A DNA stretch of 64,000 nucleotides from assembly GCA_044892505.1 (NCBI GenBank), contig CM097882.1, forward strand, positions 520,056,001 to 520,120,000. Reading direction: 5' to 3'. The stretch is from Schmidtea nova (lineage: Eukaryota). Both the position numbers and the translations under genes were made by a program. The notes under the pieces were generated by a model, which made no database searches, was not told the origin of the DNA, and saw nothing but the letters and a program-made list of their open reading frames with translations. Below are positions 40,560-53,296 of the stretch, piece after piece (position 1 is the first letter of the stretch; every line of letters begins with the position of its first letter).

Positions 40560-42950
40560 AAATCTTTATCAAGTACAACGACTGGATCCAAGGAATCACG
40601 ATCAGGAATTGTCTGAATCAATGTGATAGACTCATAACGATTCACAGTTCGACAACAGGTTTGAGCAATTGCAAAATGATCAATCAAATTTTTAAATTTT
40701 ATTTCTGACTCATTAATTTCTCTTTTATATTCTAATTCATTCGTTTTTATTTTATTTTGAAGATCTTCTATTTTTGAATGAAGGTGTGTTATTAAATCCG
40801 ACTAATCAGCAAGAGAGCGTTTTGTTTTGATTTCATAATTCCCAAAATTCTTTTCCCGCTCAACTTTGTGAGTTTTAATTATTGCCAGCTCGTCAAATAA
40901 TTTTGAATAGTCTTTTAATAAAGATTCCAATTTACTTTGAATTTCATTCTTGCTTTTCGATATATTCTCATAATTAACCTCGCAAGATTTCATTTTCGTC
41001 TCTAAATCGGTCACCTCCTTTTCTCTCAATTTTAACGACATTGTATTGATTCTTTCTTCTACTAATTCCAATTCCAAAATATTTTCCCTATTTTCGAATT
41101 CATTTTTATCATTTAAATTTTCATTTATCAAATCCACATTTTTCTCTTTCAAACTATTTATTTCTTCGTTCAGTTCTGAAATTGTTTTTTCATTTAAGTC
41201 AATTAGTGACAATTTTATTTTTATTTCGTTTTCAATTACCTTTGTCAGATTCGTCATTTTCTCTTTGACGTTAAAAATTTCATTTTTTAATTCTTCAATA
41301 ATTTTTCATCTTTGTCTTTACTTTTTTCTAATGCATTTTTGAGTGACTGCTGAAAATCAACAGATTGTAGCGATTGATAAGAAATAGTAGAAATAGTAGA
41401 CATTTCATCTAATTTGTCATTTTTCTTTTGTAATTCAGTTCTGTAAAATTCGTTGGTTTCCTTTGATTTCTCTAATTCAATTCTTAGAATTTTAATTTTG
41501 GTTTCAGACGATTCATTATCAAGAGTTGAATTGTGACCCAACTTGTCAAATGATCCAATTTTATTGCCACTAATTGCATCTGATTCGCTATGAAGAGTTT
41601 CAAATCACTCTGCTCTGCTACCAATGGTTTTCGGCTAGAGCCCTTATACACCTTTAAATGCCGAATTATCTTTTTCTATACATATTGGCTCGTAAGCAGG
41701 TGACACAATTTTATCCCTTTGTCTATTTGATTCATTAAATGAACTTTGTTTATTTTCAGTTTTAATAAAATCTGTAGATAAAGTTTGCTCTTCATCGCTA
41801 TCGTAACCCCATGCAAGTTTTGTGGGATTGTTATTAGTATCCTTAATATTTTCACTAAAGGGAATGCCTACTTTATCACTATCGCCACTATCAAGATTAA
41901 TAACATTTTTCATGTCAGTTTTTCAGGTGACCAATCATTATCATCTACTCACTCAACATTACTTTTGTTTTTTCTATTTCCTATCGTCTTTTTCGTCAGA
42001 ATTTAGCCGACGTTTCCTTTGAAAACCCTTTCCCTCTAGCCATTTTTCTCGGACCTCACCTTCAATTAAATTTAAGTGGAGATTATCGATGGGGCTCATT
42101 ACAGTTATAATCTTGGCCCCATACCCTATTAAATTTATCATTAATTTAAATCTTTTAAAATTATTACTAAGGGTGCTATGATTCATATCAGAAATGAAAG
42201 ATCTTACCCAATACACGTGACCCCGAAAGAAACCACGCTCTGCTACCAATGGTTTTGACAGCTGCTCCAGCTCTTACAGAATCCATAGTTCATGGTTCCA
42301 AATATTTACCAAGTACAACGACTGGATCCAAGAAATCACGACCAGAAATTGTCTGAATCAATGTGATATACTCATCACGATTCACAGCTCGACAACAGGT
42401 CTGAGCAATTGCAAAATGATCAATCAACTGATTGATATCCTGAGATAACGGACCAAATTCCGACGAGAATCTCAATCCGGAAAAGATTTTCGAAAGCATT
42501 CGAAACCTATTTCGACGCAACTCAGTGATTCGTTTGTGGGAAATTAGCATTGATTTTTCCCTTGTGATCTGGATTTTGATTAGTAATATAATTCTCCAAT
42601 TCTTCCATGCTGTTGTTGAATACCTTTGTATTCTTTCTGATAGTCTTGGCTTAAATTCATTGGAGTCATATCATTCCAAATGGCAAATACAGTACATTTT
42701 GCAGAGCTACATATTCGAACGATAAGCCTAAACGTCATCTGCAAGACACAGAATGGAATTGAGAGACTCGGTAAATGGATAATCAGAAGTTATCATGCTT
42801 TCAGCAACATAACTGTCGTCAGTCTTATTCATATTCAAGTTAACAACAAGGACAAAATAAACAAAGTCGAAATTCCAAACAGTTATTTATATTTTTTAAC
42901 CAAATTGGAATACACCGAGATTCCAAACTTAAAACTCACACAAAGCTAAA
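40560..42950 (-). mobile_element. Stacked LTR-element 5' fragments with two tRNA-iMet PBSs and a coiled-coil gag-like ORF
   Basis: TGGTAGCAGAGC at 42229-42248 and 41612-41623, each after AAAACCA-T; about 125-bp repeat (IDHFAIAQTCC..) at 40560 and 42301; K/E-rich ORFs. Confidence 0.7.
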
Positions 42951-43341
42951 CTTAAATCACAAATCTTAATTTCTTTTTAAATTTTGAAAACATCCAAAAT
43001 TGCCAATATTATTTAAACAACAAAACAAATTGAATATATCAACCAAATAATTTACAAAAATTTTACTATTTCTAAATTCCTATTATAACTCCAATGATTT
43101 ACAATTTACAAAACTGATTTACAAATTTACAAATTTTTCTTTTCAAATCCAATTCAAAAAGATCTAAATCTAATTTCTAAAATTTTTAGTCAATAATTTT
43201 AATTCTTAATAAGTAAAAGTAAATTAATTTTTTTGTTTAAATAGAGATTTGTCATTTCTGGAAAATTTGAATCACTATTCATTCGTCATCTGAATTGCCA
43301 GCTACAAACACAACTCCGATTTTATCTGACATATAAGATAT

Positions 43342-43419
43342 TTATAGGTTTCGATAAGACCATCTAACAGCTTCAGGATTCCAGACTCGCCCCGTAATCC
43401 CTCACACCAATCAAGTCCC
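43342..43419 (-). CDS. Unidentified host gene, terminal exon
   Basis: Acceptor TTAACAG; RDLIGVRDYGRVWNPEAVRWSYRNL*; phase 0 matches the upstream exon. Confidence 0.8.
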
Positions 43420-43509
43420 GCTGTTAATTAATTAATTTCTATTTTAATTACTTTTTAAATATTTTATGAAACGGGCGCGACCAATAATAATAATAATAAT
43501 AATACGTAC

Positions 43510-43951
43510 CTGAGAGCATGAATTGAAGTCAATGCCTTCATCCAGAGATGGTCGGGAATCTAATGAGCTTTCTTGAGTTGTAATAACCTCTTGAGAACGA
43601 AATTTTTCACGAAATGTTCGACAACGTTCAGCTTGAGTAAGACTAACTTTTGGAAGTTCTCGGGTATCTTCGACGTCATTTTCATTTGGTTCTGAAGCTG
43701 ATGTAGAATGAGACACTGAGCTGGCATATCCTCTACTTTGAGCATTTGTGTTTGAATCTCTATCCGTAGCTTTGTCATGCTCTTCTGTTGAAATGGCATT
43801 TTGATGATTTCGAATAACAACCAATTGGTGGTTATTTTCTTCGCGTTCTGACGGTAACAACAGCTCTTGTTGTTCCATTACAGGCATCTGATCTTTCTCT
43901 TCGTGTTCTGAATCTGTCAGCAAACTGTGATGCAATTTAGTACCACGATGT
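43510..43951 (-). CDS. Unidentified host gene, penultimate exon
   Basis: 442 nt open; acceptor CATTAG, donor GTACGT; 90-nt intron follows. Confidence 0.85.
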
Positions 43952-43998
43952 CTAATGATGTATTTGTATCAATTTGATAATAAGACTAAAACAAACAC

Positions 43999-44341
43999 CT
44001 CATTTTAGTGCAGGCCAAAAATCTGAATGGAGATTCTCTATCTACACTGTTCATCGGTGAGTCGGAAGATGGTAAAAACAGAGTATGAGAAGTCATAGGA
44101 GTCAGTTCTAATTCAGAATTGTCAAAACTGCTATATGGAGTTTCACTAATTTTTCTCATAATTTTCAGCTTTTTTGAGCTAGTTGGACTCTGTATACTGG
44201 GACTGGGACTAGTACCAGAAAATCTGTTAATAGCTGATTGATTGGATGATGGAGCACCGACCATTCCTCCCATAAACCCAGTTGTTAAGGCGGCAATAGA
44301 TTTGAGAGCATTATTAGTCTGTTCCTTAGAGTATTTTTTGA
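43999..44341 (-). CDS. Unidentified host gene, internal exon
   Basis: 343 nt open; acceptor TTTTGTAG; a 47-nt GT-AG intron (43952-43998) restores KMR|HRGTK in frame. Confidence 0.85.
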
Positions 44342-46454
44342 CTACAAAATTAACATGAAATTATTAAAAAAATTAATGGAACAAAATGGAAAAAAGCAAG
44401 GATTAAAAAAAATATAAGTTCATATTTTATTTTATTTTATTAAAAAATATTTAAGCACTAAAAATATATTAAATAGAGTTTGAATGTATTAGCCAATTTG
44501 GTTATTATTTTATGAGAATTATTTTTCATTGAATACATTAAAACAAATATAGTAAATTTAAAAACATTGAAAAAGTAAATAAAAATGAAAAATAGAACAA
44601 TAGAATTATTTCGTGCATAAAAAAATAGAAAATGAGTAACTTAATGAAACCTAAGAAATATCCCATTATCTTGTCGAGTCCAGACTTAAATTAAAATTTC
44701 GTTTATTTTAACCAAAAAAATCTTTTCTATTTTTTCTTCACTTTTGATCTTTTTTTCGATTTCAATTTTTTTACAGCCAAATAAATAAAAAATTGTGTAT
44801 TTCTCCTATTCAAAACAAATTTTCCACCAAGCTCTTTTCGAAGGCAGTGCTAAAGATTATTGCTGATAAGGCGAAAAAAACTTTTAAAAAAAAAGTAATG
44901 AAATTTAAAAATAATCTAATAGTCTCGGCGAGGGAAATAAAGAATATAAAAATATTTTTGAATCTAAAGACAAAAATGGGTATTATAATGGTATAAAACA
45001 GCTGTAGAATTTGTGTATTATGTAATAATATGTTGACTGTCATACTCAGTTTTACATGTTTTGCCTAGGAACCAAAATATACATTTTACTGATGACCTTG
45101 TTTAAATCATTCTAAAAATATTGCAGCCCCAGTGACGGACGACCTCTACAGTCCCAATCGAAAGTAAAGCGTAGCAAACATCTTGTCTTGTTTATTTGCG
45201 CTATTTAATAATGATGCCTATTTAACAAAAATGTCCATTAATTTTAGACTAAGGTTTTGCGCCATGTGCCATCTTAAAATATCGAAAGAAATGTACATTT
45301 CGAATCACATTCTGCTATATTAAATGCAACATATCAGTAGTTATTCATTGGAAGTTCATGCAAAAAGGGCGATAAAATGTGAAAGTAAAATTAAGTATTT
45401 GTTACAAGTTCAATGTATACGACAGTCGACATTCATTTTATAGATAATATTTCGTTATATCACCGAAGGGGGGAATTATTCCATGATAATTGAGTAAAAT
45501 GCCAGTTTCAATGAATGTCGATCACAAAGTATGTAACTAATGATGATCACCGAGGCGGGATGGACAATTTAAGACGCATCTTCACAAAATAAATTTCAAA
45601 GCTGTGATATTATAATTGCTAATACTTCTAATATTAATATTCAAATAATTTCTTCAGAGAAAATGTTTTTTTTTCTCTTTTAAAGGAGATCTTTTCCATA
45701 AATGATATCAATATAGATGAAAAATTGTATGAAGTTATCTTTTTTTTAAAAAAATGTTAATTAAAAAAATGTTTTCTAGATTGGGAATTTTTCAAGGTTT
45801 TATTTTGGTGGTTTTTAAAAAAAAGGTTTAGTTTGTAAGAGGGTTAAGAAAAGGTGCCTAAAAAATAATGCATCATGTATCAGTTTTGGATGCTTAAAAT
45901 TCTATATTAGTTAATTTTTTTTATTTTTTTCTCAAATCTCATGTTTACAATACGCACTGAATTTGGCATTTGATTCGCCATTTAAAATTATTTATTTTAA
46001 ATATTTAATAAAAAAAGTTTTTATCATCAGTGGTTACTATCCATCCAGGCCTTCTTCCCACTCGTCATTCTTGATAGGCTTAACCTTTTGTGATAGCATA
46101 ATATTTTTGCTCAAATTATGACGTTAGTAAAGAGAAACTGTCGAAGAAATGTTTTATTACACTACTGTATTAGAGTTAGTATTCTTTTCAGAACGTCTAG
46201 TATTTATAACATTCATGGAAATAAATAAAATTAAAATTCAATTAATATTTAATAAATAGTGAAATATTACTAATTTTTCAAAAATAAATTTTAAATTTAA
46301 ATTAAATAAATAAAATTACTAAAAATAAATAATATAATAAATATGAATATAAAGGCACGATAATGAAGAAGTAATTCCGAATATTATTGAAGATCATTTC
46401 CCTAGATTGAAGCAATGAACTGGAGATAAAATTTGAAGATTTAAAAACAGAACA

Positions 46455-46860
46455 GCTTTTTATTTTTATCAATAATTCTCATAATGATGACTATAGATCA
46501 AAATTTTTTTATAAACAATAACACAATATTTCGGCACAGCCTTTATCAAGTGTGTATTTCAATCGTTATATTAACTTAATCCTAAATAGTAGCCTTAATT
46601 ATTTTTTTAATATTTTATAATGATTTTATTGGATGAAAAAGATTTATTTTAATTGGATGAAAAAAAATTTATTTTAATTTTTTTGTGCGAATTGAATGTT
46701 GATGGACGGTTTGTATTTTTTTATGTAAAAAGTCTCGGAAGCTAATCTTTGTAATGAATTTCTGAATCCCTCTTGTAGAATCTGGCATTTTGTTTCTTCT
46801 ATAGATGGAGTTGTTTTATGTACTTGGTAAATAAATTTGGTAAATAAATACTTATAAACC
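46455..46860 (-). mobile_element. PLE 3' end: GIY-YIG C-terminus plus pLTR-like tail
   Basis: QILQEGFRNSLQRLASETFYIKKYKPSINIQ; homologous to 49480-50020 and, inverted, 50230-50530. Confidence 0.8.
46521..46553 (-). ncRNA. Minimal type I hammerhead ribozyme, U3-A8 variant
   Basis: ACAC-UUGAUAA-A-GGC-UGU-GCC-GAAA-UAUU-GUGU: stem I 4 bp, stem II 3 bp, palindromic stem III, AUU site. Confidence 0.75.
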
Positions 46861-47032
46861 ATATTAAGTATTTATTTTGTTAACCAGTATTTATTAAAGG
46901 CAGCACAAATCAAATTTTACTAATATTAGGTGGTACCCAAAATTAAATTCTGTGTTATATCGTAAACCAACTATACTTAAAGTGGGTTTACGAACCAACA
47001 CAAAATTTAATTTTGGGCACCAAACAATATTA

Positions 47033-48307
47033 TTAGGTTGTCCGGAATGAAATGTCCGAATAATATATAATAATTGCAAATCATCATAACTTTTTTATAA
47101 AAATCGTATTTCTTTATTTTAAAGTTTATTAGAAAGCGCTTATTTCAAATTCAAATATTAAATAAGATTTATAATAACTTAATTGCCATAAATTCCAAAA
47201 GAAATGTACAAGTTAGAAAATCATGATTTGAGACTTCTTCATTTATATGAGCGGAAATTGAAGAACAATTCATTTGAGGCGGAGAGAAATATTAATAATG
47301 CTTTTGGGAGCGATACAGTTAATGAACGAACTATTAGGTGTTGGTTTAAAAAATTTGATGACGGAGAACTTGATCTAGAAAATATGCCTCACGGTAGACA
47401 CAATAACAAGCTATCGGAGGAAGATTTACGAGAAGCTGTTGCTCAAAATTCAACAAGATCTGGAGAACTTGCTATAAATCTGTCTGTCTAAAAATCAACC
47501 GTTCATGACAATTTAAAGACAATTGGTATGGTCAAAAAGCTTCAAAAATGGGTCCCACATGAATTGACTGAATTGCAGAAATTTAACAGATTGCAAACTT
47601 GTCTATCTTTTCAAGTACGACATCGAAAGTCATCTTTTCTTAATACTAGAATTACCTGCGACGGTAAATGTATTCAATACGATAATTGTAAATGATCAGG
47701 AGAATAGTTGGATAAACATCAATGTCCAACACAGTTTCCAAAACCGGAACCTCACCAAAAGAAGCCATGCTTCCAGTCTGGTGGTCGAAGTCTGATGTAA
47801 TACATTATTGTTTTCTGAAAATGACTACAACAATTAATTCTGAACGATACTGTGTAGAACTAGAAAAAATGCATGAAAAACTCATCATTAGTCACCCTGC
47901 TATTGTTAATAGAGAAAGGTCCATTTATTCTGCATGATAACGCCAGGCCTCACGTATCGACAGTCACTGTAAAAACATTACACGACTTAGAATTTTAAGT
48001 TTTACCGCATTCACCTTACTCACCCGATCTATCACCAATTGATTTCCACTTATTTAGACATTTAAGTCTTTATATCAAGGGCAGAAAGTTTAAAGATCTG
48101 GAGGAGATAAAATCGACAATTATCATTTTCTTGGACTTCAGACATGAGACGTTTTTTAAAGAAGGTATAGAAAAGCTCCAACAACGATGGCAAGAGTGTG
48201 TTAATGTTGATGGATTATATTTTGATTAAATAATAAATGTTTAAATATGTTTGTACGTCTTTAGAATTATAATTCATTTAGCGGAAATTTCATTCCGGAC
48301 AACCTAA
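47033..48307 (+). mobile_element. mariner (D,D34D), full length, inactivated
   Basis: TIR TTAGGTTGTCCGGAATGAAAT, TA TSD; WVPHEL, ITCDG, LHDNARPH, YSPDLSPIDF; stops and frameshifts. Confidence 0.96.
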
Positions 48308-49254
48308 TAATAAAATTTGATTTGTGCTGTCTTAAATAAAAACGGGTTTAAAAAATAAATACTTAGTATTGTTTATTAGTATTTAAAAAATATATGCTGA
48401 GCAAACTTTCATGCATTCCTTGACCACACATAATGAATTTTTATTTTTATTTTTTTACTTTTATTTATAAGCTAATTTAAATTATCAAAAAATTTAAAGA
48501 TAAATTTACCATAAAATCAATAAATATTTTTCCGTTTGTATTTTTGATGATTTTACTTTATCTTCATTCACGCAAAAATATTTAAACAAATTTTTAATTT
48601 TTAAAAATAATTATTTTTAACACTTTTTTTCCTGATTTTACTCATTTGATTTTACAAGAAATTTTAAACATTCTAATTTTTTTCATCTGATTTTTTTAAA
48701 TGAACTCCAAAAGCTTTCTAATATCAAAAAGCAAATTTAAACACAAAATTATTCATATGTAAAAGTTAAACAAATATTATTTTTCATCTACTAATTAAAA
48801 CAAAAAAAAATATTAAAAGTATACACAATAAAACTGAAATTCAACTATATCAATACCGGATCAATTTCATGTGCTTCGTGGTTTGAAAATATTTGTTTTT
48901 CTCACAGTTTTGATTAATTAACAAACGTGAAAATCTGATAAATCTTTATTATAATTAATGTAATAAAACAAGAAAAAATATTTTCCATGACATTCTTTGA
49001 ATACTCTCTAATTGAAATATTTCCGGTGGAATCAATTATTAATTAAAACAACGTTCAATACAGAAACCGTCCAATGATAAAAGAAACTGAATAGGTCTTT
49101 GAAGTTTTAGGCTTTTCCAAATATAAAAATGACATTTTTACGATATTGATAAAATTATCTTTTGGTTTCACCTTTGATATCTTTTTATTTAAATCAATAA
49201 TTTTCATATTAATAATTGGATGACTAAAGATCAAAAAATCCTTTTAGTTGTTAA

Positions 49255-49463
49255 CCCCTTCGCTGCGACCATATAGAAATGCTGTGTGCGACAGGATAAT
49301 TTGGTAATGCAATTTTGTTAAAACAAAGCATTTTATATAATAAAACTTACAGGGTTCCAAAGACTGTACAAATAAATACACAACATGACGAGACATACTC
49401 GTCAGTCTGACATGGGAATACTTTTTCATGACGAAACCATACTCGTCCTCCGCAGTGAAGGGA
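49255..49463. mobile_element. piggyBac-type MITE
   Basis: TTAA TSD; ends CCCCTTCGCTGCG / CGCAGTGAAGGGA; two CATGACGA..TACTCGTC subterminal palindromes; inserted in a pLTR unit. Confidence 0.88.
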
Positions 49464-49469
49464 TTAAAT

Positions 49470-49502
49470 ACACGATATTTCAGCACAGCCTTTATCAAGT
49501 TT
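49470..49502 (-). ncRNA. Minimal type I hammerhead ribozyme, second copy
   Basis: AAAC-UUGAUAA-A-GGC-UGU-GCU-GAAA-UAUC-GUGU; AUC site; one stem I mismatch. Confidence 0.65.
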
Positions 49503-49869
49503 GTATTTCGATTGCTATATCAACTTAATCCTAAATAGTAAATATAATTATTTTTTACTCTCTCTATATTAACTTCGTTGATGTTTGTAGGTTTGTATGT
49601 GCCACGCAAATTTTGTGAGGTCAAATTAACCTACTTTCCGTGATCGGATTGAGCTAAAATTTGGCAAGTAGATTTGTTGTCAAGAATACGTCATACTATC
49701 AAAGTGGCTCACACAAAAAAAGTGATTTTACGTAATAATAAATATCCAATTCTCAGATTCGAGTGAAATAATGAGAGAACTTCAAAAAACCATGTTTTTT
49801 ATGGTTGATTATTTAATATTTTAAATTGATTTTATTGGATAAATATTAATCTAATATAATTTAAAACTT

Positions 49870-50150
49870 TTTCATTTTTTGTGAGAATTGAATGTTGATA
49901 GACGATTTGTATTTTTTGATATAAGAAATTTCGGAAGGTAATTTTTGTTATGAATTTTTGAATCCGTCTTGTAAAATTTGGGCTTTTATTTTGTCTATAG
50001 ATTGGGCAATTTTATGTGCTTTCTCTCAGTGTTCGTAATAATTGCTAGTTTTATTTTTAGTGTGTTCATAAATTGATTGTGAAACGTTTTATGTGCTTCT
50101 CTTAAATAAGTAAGGTCACATTTTAGATAGGTAGGTTTATATACTATATT
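49870..50150 (-). pseudogene. PLE GIY-YIG endonuclease remnant
   Basis: NIVYKPTYLKCDLTYL..., QILQDGFKNS..SEISYIKKYKSSINIQ. Confidence 0.75.
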
Positions 50151-50689
50151 TTCGGAAAAACAAAAGCATCTGGTTATAGAACCGCAAAGACATTTATGTT
50201 TAAAGATGTTTGATATTGGTGGCTTTCAAAGTTGTGATTTTAACATTGCAGAATAAAAACCCAAATTTAACAAAACGGATTCAAAAGCTCAATACAAAGA
50301 TTAGCTTTCAAAACGTCTTTAATCATAGAAACAATTTGTCCACCAACATTCAAATCGCACAAAAATATTATTTTAAAAAATTTTAATTTAATAAAATAAA
50401 ATTAATATTCCTACAATAAAATCATTTTAAAATATAAATAAAATAATTGAATTTAATATTTAGAATTAAGTTAATATAAAAAATGAAATACATCTTTGAT
50501 AAAAGCTGAGAAAAAATATCGTGTACCTAACAAACAAAAACAATTTGATCTATAGTCATACAATTATTAATATGAGAATTATTGATTTAAATTAATAAAA
50601 TCTTCTATTTTCTTCACAATTGATTGACTATTTATAAACAAAGCAAACTTGCTTAAACAGCATTTATATTAATAATTTCCATAATGGCA

Positions 50690-50827
50690 AGACTATAGAT
50701 CAAAAATATTTTTTTAAACAAGCACACAATATTTTAGCACAGCTTTTATCAAGTGTGCATTTAACACTTGGTAAAGGCTGTGCCAAAATATTGTGTACTT
50801 GTTTAAAAAGTATTTTGATCTATAGTC
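50690..50827. repeat. Palindrome of two back-to-back mutated hammerhead units
   Basis: About 65-bp arms around GCATTTA; both copies have GAAA changed to AAAA. Confidence 0.85.
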
Positions 50828-51299
50828 ATCCATTATAGGAATAATTGATATTATTAAAAAAATATCAAAGGTGAAACAAAAAGATAATTATGATAAATAA
50901 CATTTAATACGGTTGTGCCGAAAATTTGTGTTTGTAATTTAAATCTTTTGATCTTTAGTCTTATAAAAATAAAAAAAGGAATTTTTAAATAATTTTCTTT
51001 AATTTTCAAGTTTAATTTAAAAAAAATATTAAACTTAAGTAAGTGGATAATTTAATTACTAAAATGGCTGGACTTAATAAAGAATTTTTTTTATTTTCCT
51101 TAAAATGTTTATTAAAATAAAAAATTTAAAATATTTATTAAGAAAATATTTAATCTTCCTTCTTATTTTTACCTTTGATTTGTTCTATTTTAATTCAGAA
51201 ATTTTCATTTTTTATAAAGATTATGGATCAAATTTTTTTAAAATCTTTATTTAGGTACACAATTATTTTTATTTATATATCTTAAATTTTTCTATGTAC

Positions 51300-51480
51300 A
51301 AATAATGACCCATGGTAAAGCTGGTTTCCAGATAAATGTGTACAAGCCATCCTTGGAACATATTTTTAACTGTTTAAAGCGCAATTTCAGAAGAATCACT
51401 TCTTGGTGCTAATGTTTGTCTAGGAAGATCTTTCCAGTTTAAATCAGTTTCATCAACATTATAAATAAAATCTTAGTAAT
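51300..51480 (-). pseudogene. Tigger/pogo DDE fragment
   Basis: IYNVDETDLNWKDLPRQTLA. Confidence 0.7.
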
Positions 51481-51685
51481 AACTTTCTTTTAAAAATAAT
51501 TTTTAAAGATTTTTAAAAGAATAATATTTACTCTATATATCTTAAATATAAATGTTTTAACTATTCTTCCTTAAAAATATTTATCTTTTTCGAGTTTTTC
51601 CTTTAAAATAAAATGCTTTTTACTTATAAATTGGTCATGCAAAAGTTGCTTGATGCTAAAAATGACAGAAAATATGACCTTTTCC

Positions 51686-52945
51686 TAGTTGGTGCGTCAA
51701 TAAGTAATGAAACTCGTATAGAAATAATAAAAAGAACGCAAATATATTTCGTATTTATAATAAGCAAGTCATGAAGGGTTGATTTTTCAAAATAATTTCC
51801 ATTTGCATCGACGCATATTTTTCAGCATGTAGCCAGGTTTTGGAAGGCGATTTTGAAGAAAATCTTAAATTATTTGCATAGAAATACGTCATGCATCTTT
51901 TAAATCATCTATATCAAACTGCTGGCCTTTAAGGGACTTTTTGAGGTTATTAAAAAATAGAAATTTATTGGAGCTAAATCCGGACTGTAGGGGAAGCTCG
52001 CTAAGATCATAACTCTCAATGGTGGTCATTAAAACTACACTTTTAAAACTGTACTTGGGAGCGTTAAGGAGTAAGTAATAGAGCCACACACTATGATTTT
52101 CCTTCGTAGCTTTCTTGTTTCTTCCACAAATTTGAAAGAGTAAAACATATTCATTTGAGCCAAACTTTCTGCAAAATCAGCCAGTATATTGTCATTGGCA
52201 TCCCAAAAACAATGACCTCATCTTTATAGAACAAACTTCTCCAGACAATTTTCCCTCTTAATATTCAAGTTTAGACTATGGAACATATAGCAAAAGTGGT
52301 GTTTCATCCATAATAATATTATTATCCAAAAGACTCTCCAACATAGTCCAAAATCTGAAGTTTCTATTCAGCACTACAGACGCCGACTTTGTATTTCAGC
52401 AGTTTAAAACGTGGTACAAAGCACCAGCATAATCTTTTATGCCATTTTCACTGAGTAATGTATAAATAGTGCCTTTACTCACATTCAGGCGCATTTTTAG
52501 CTTTCTAGTTGTAATTTGTCTCTCAATCTGAACAATTTTCTCAGGTCTCTCGTGAAATATTTTATGATTTCACATGACTTTCCTGGCTTTTTCTCATCAT
52601 AAACTGAAGTTTTACCACTTTGAAAGTAATTCTAACAACGGTATATTGTTGCTTTTGATGGCCACGTACCATTTTAAACTACGCCTGGCTATATATTATA
52701 GTATTCTTAACTTTTTCCTTTCAAAAAAAGAAAAAGAATGACAATGCAATATTGCACGCTTTTGATGGATATTTTATAACAAAAGATAAAATTTCTTAAT
52801 TAAGTAATAACTGAATAAAACCAATACCAGTATATTTATTTATATACACGGCTGAATATATATATATATATATATATATCCAGGTTGGTTTATTTTATTT
52901 ATTTATTTCTATAAAAACCTCACTACTAATTGCGCACATAACGTA
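51686..52945 (-). mobile_element. Old mariner, degenerate
   Basis: Imperfect TIRs GTGCG.CAAT.AGTA.TGA...TATAGAAATA about 1.26 kb apart; FFNNLKKSLKGQQF. Confidence 0.75.
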
Positions 52946-53262
52946 CCTTTTCATTTTTTAGTTTCTTAACTAATTTTCTTGATTAAGGAAAATTTTTAGT
53001 TTTGACAGATTTATTGTTTATTTCACTTGTTATGGAAGTTCCTATACTGAATTATACAACTATATAAGTCTTTTCCATTTCTTTTTTTCATTTTTGAATA
53101 ATATTTAATTTATCTGAAAATAACACAAAAATTTCTTTTTCTTTTTGGTAGATATTTAAAATCCCAAAAAAAGGAAATGTAAATGGTACATCGGGAGTTC
53201 ACAAAGTTTTACTTATGGGGACCAAAATTTTAAAATGTTTTAAAAAAAGTAATAATAGAATG

Positions 53263-53296
<34 letters not shown>

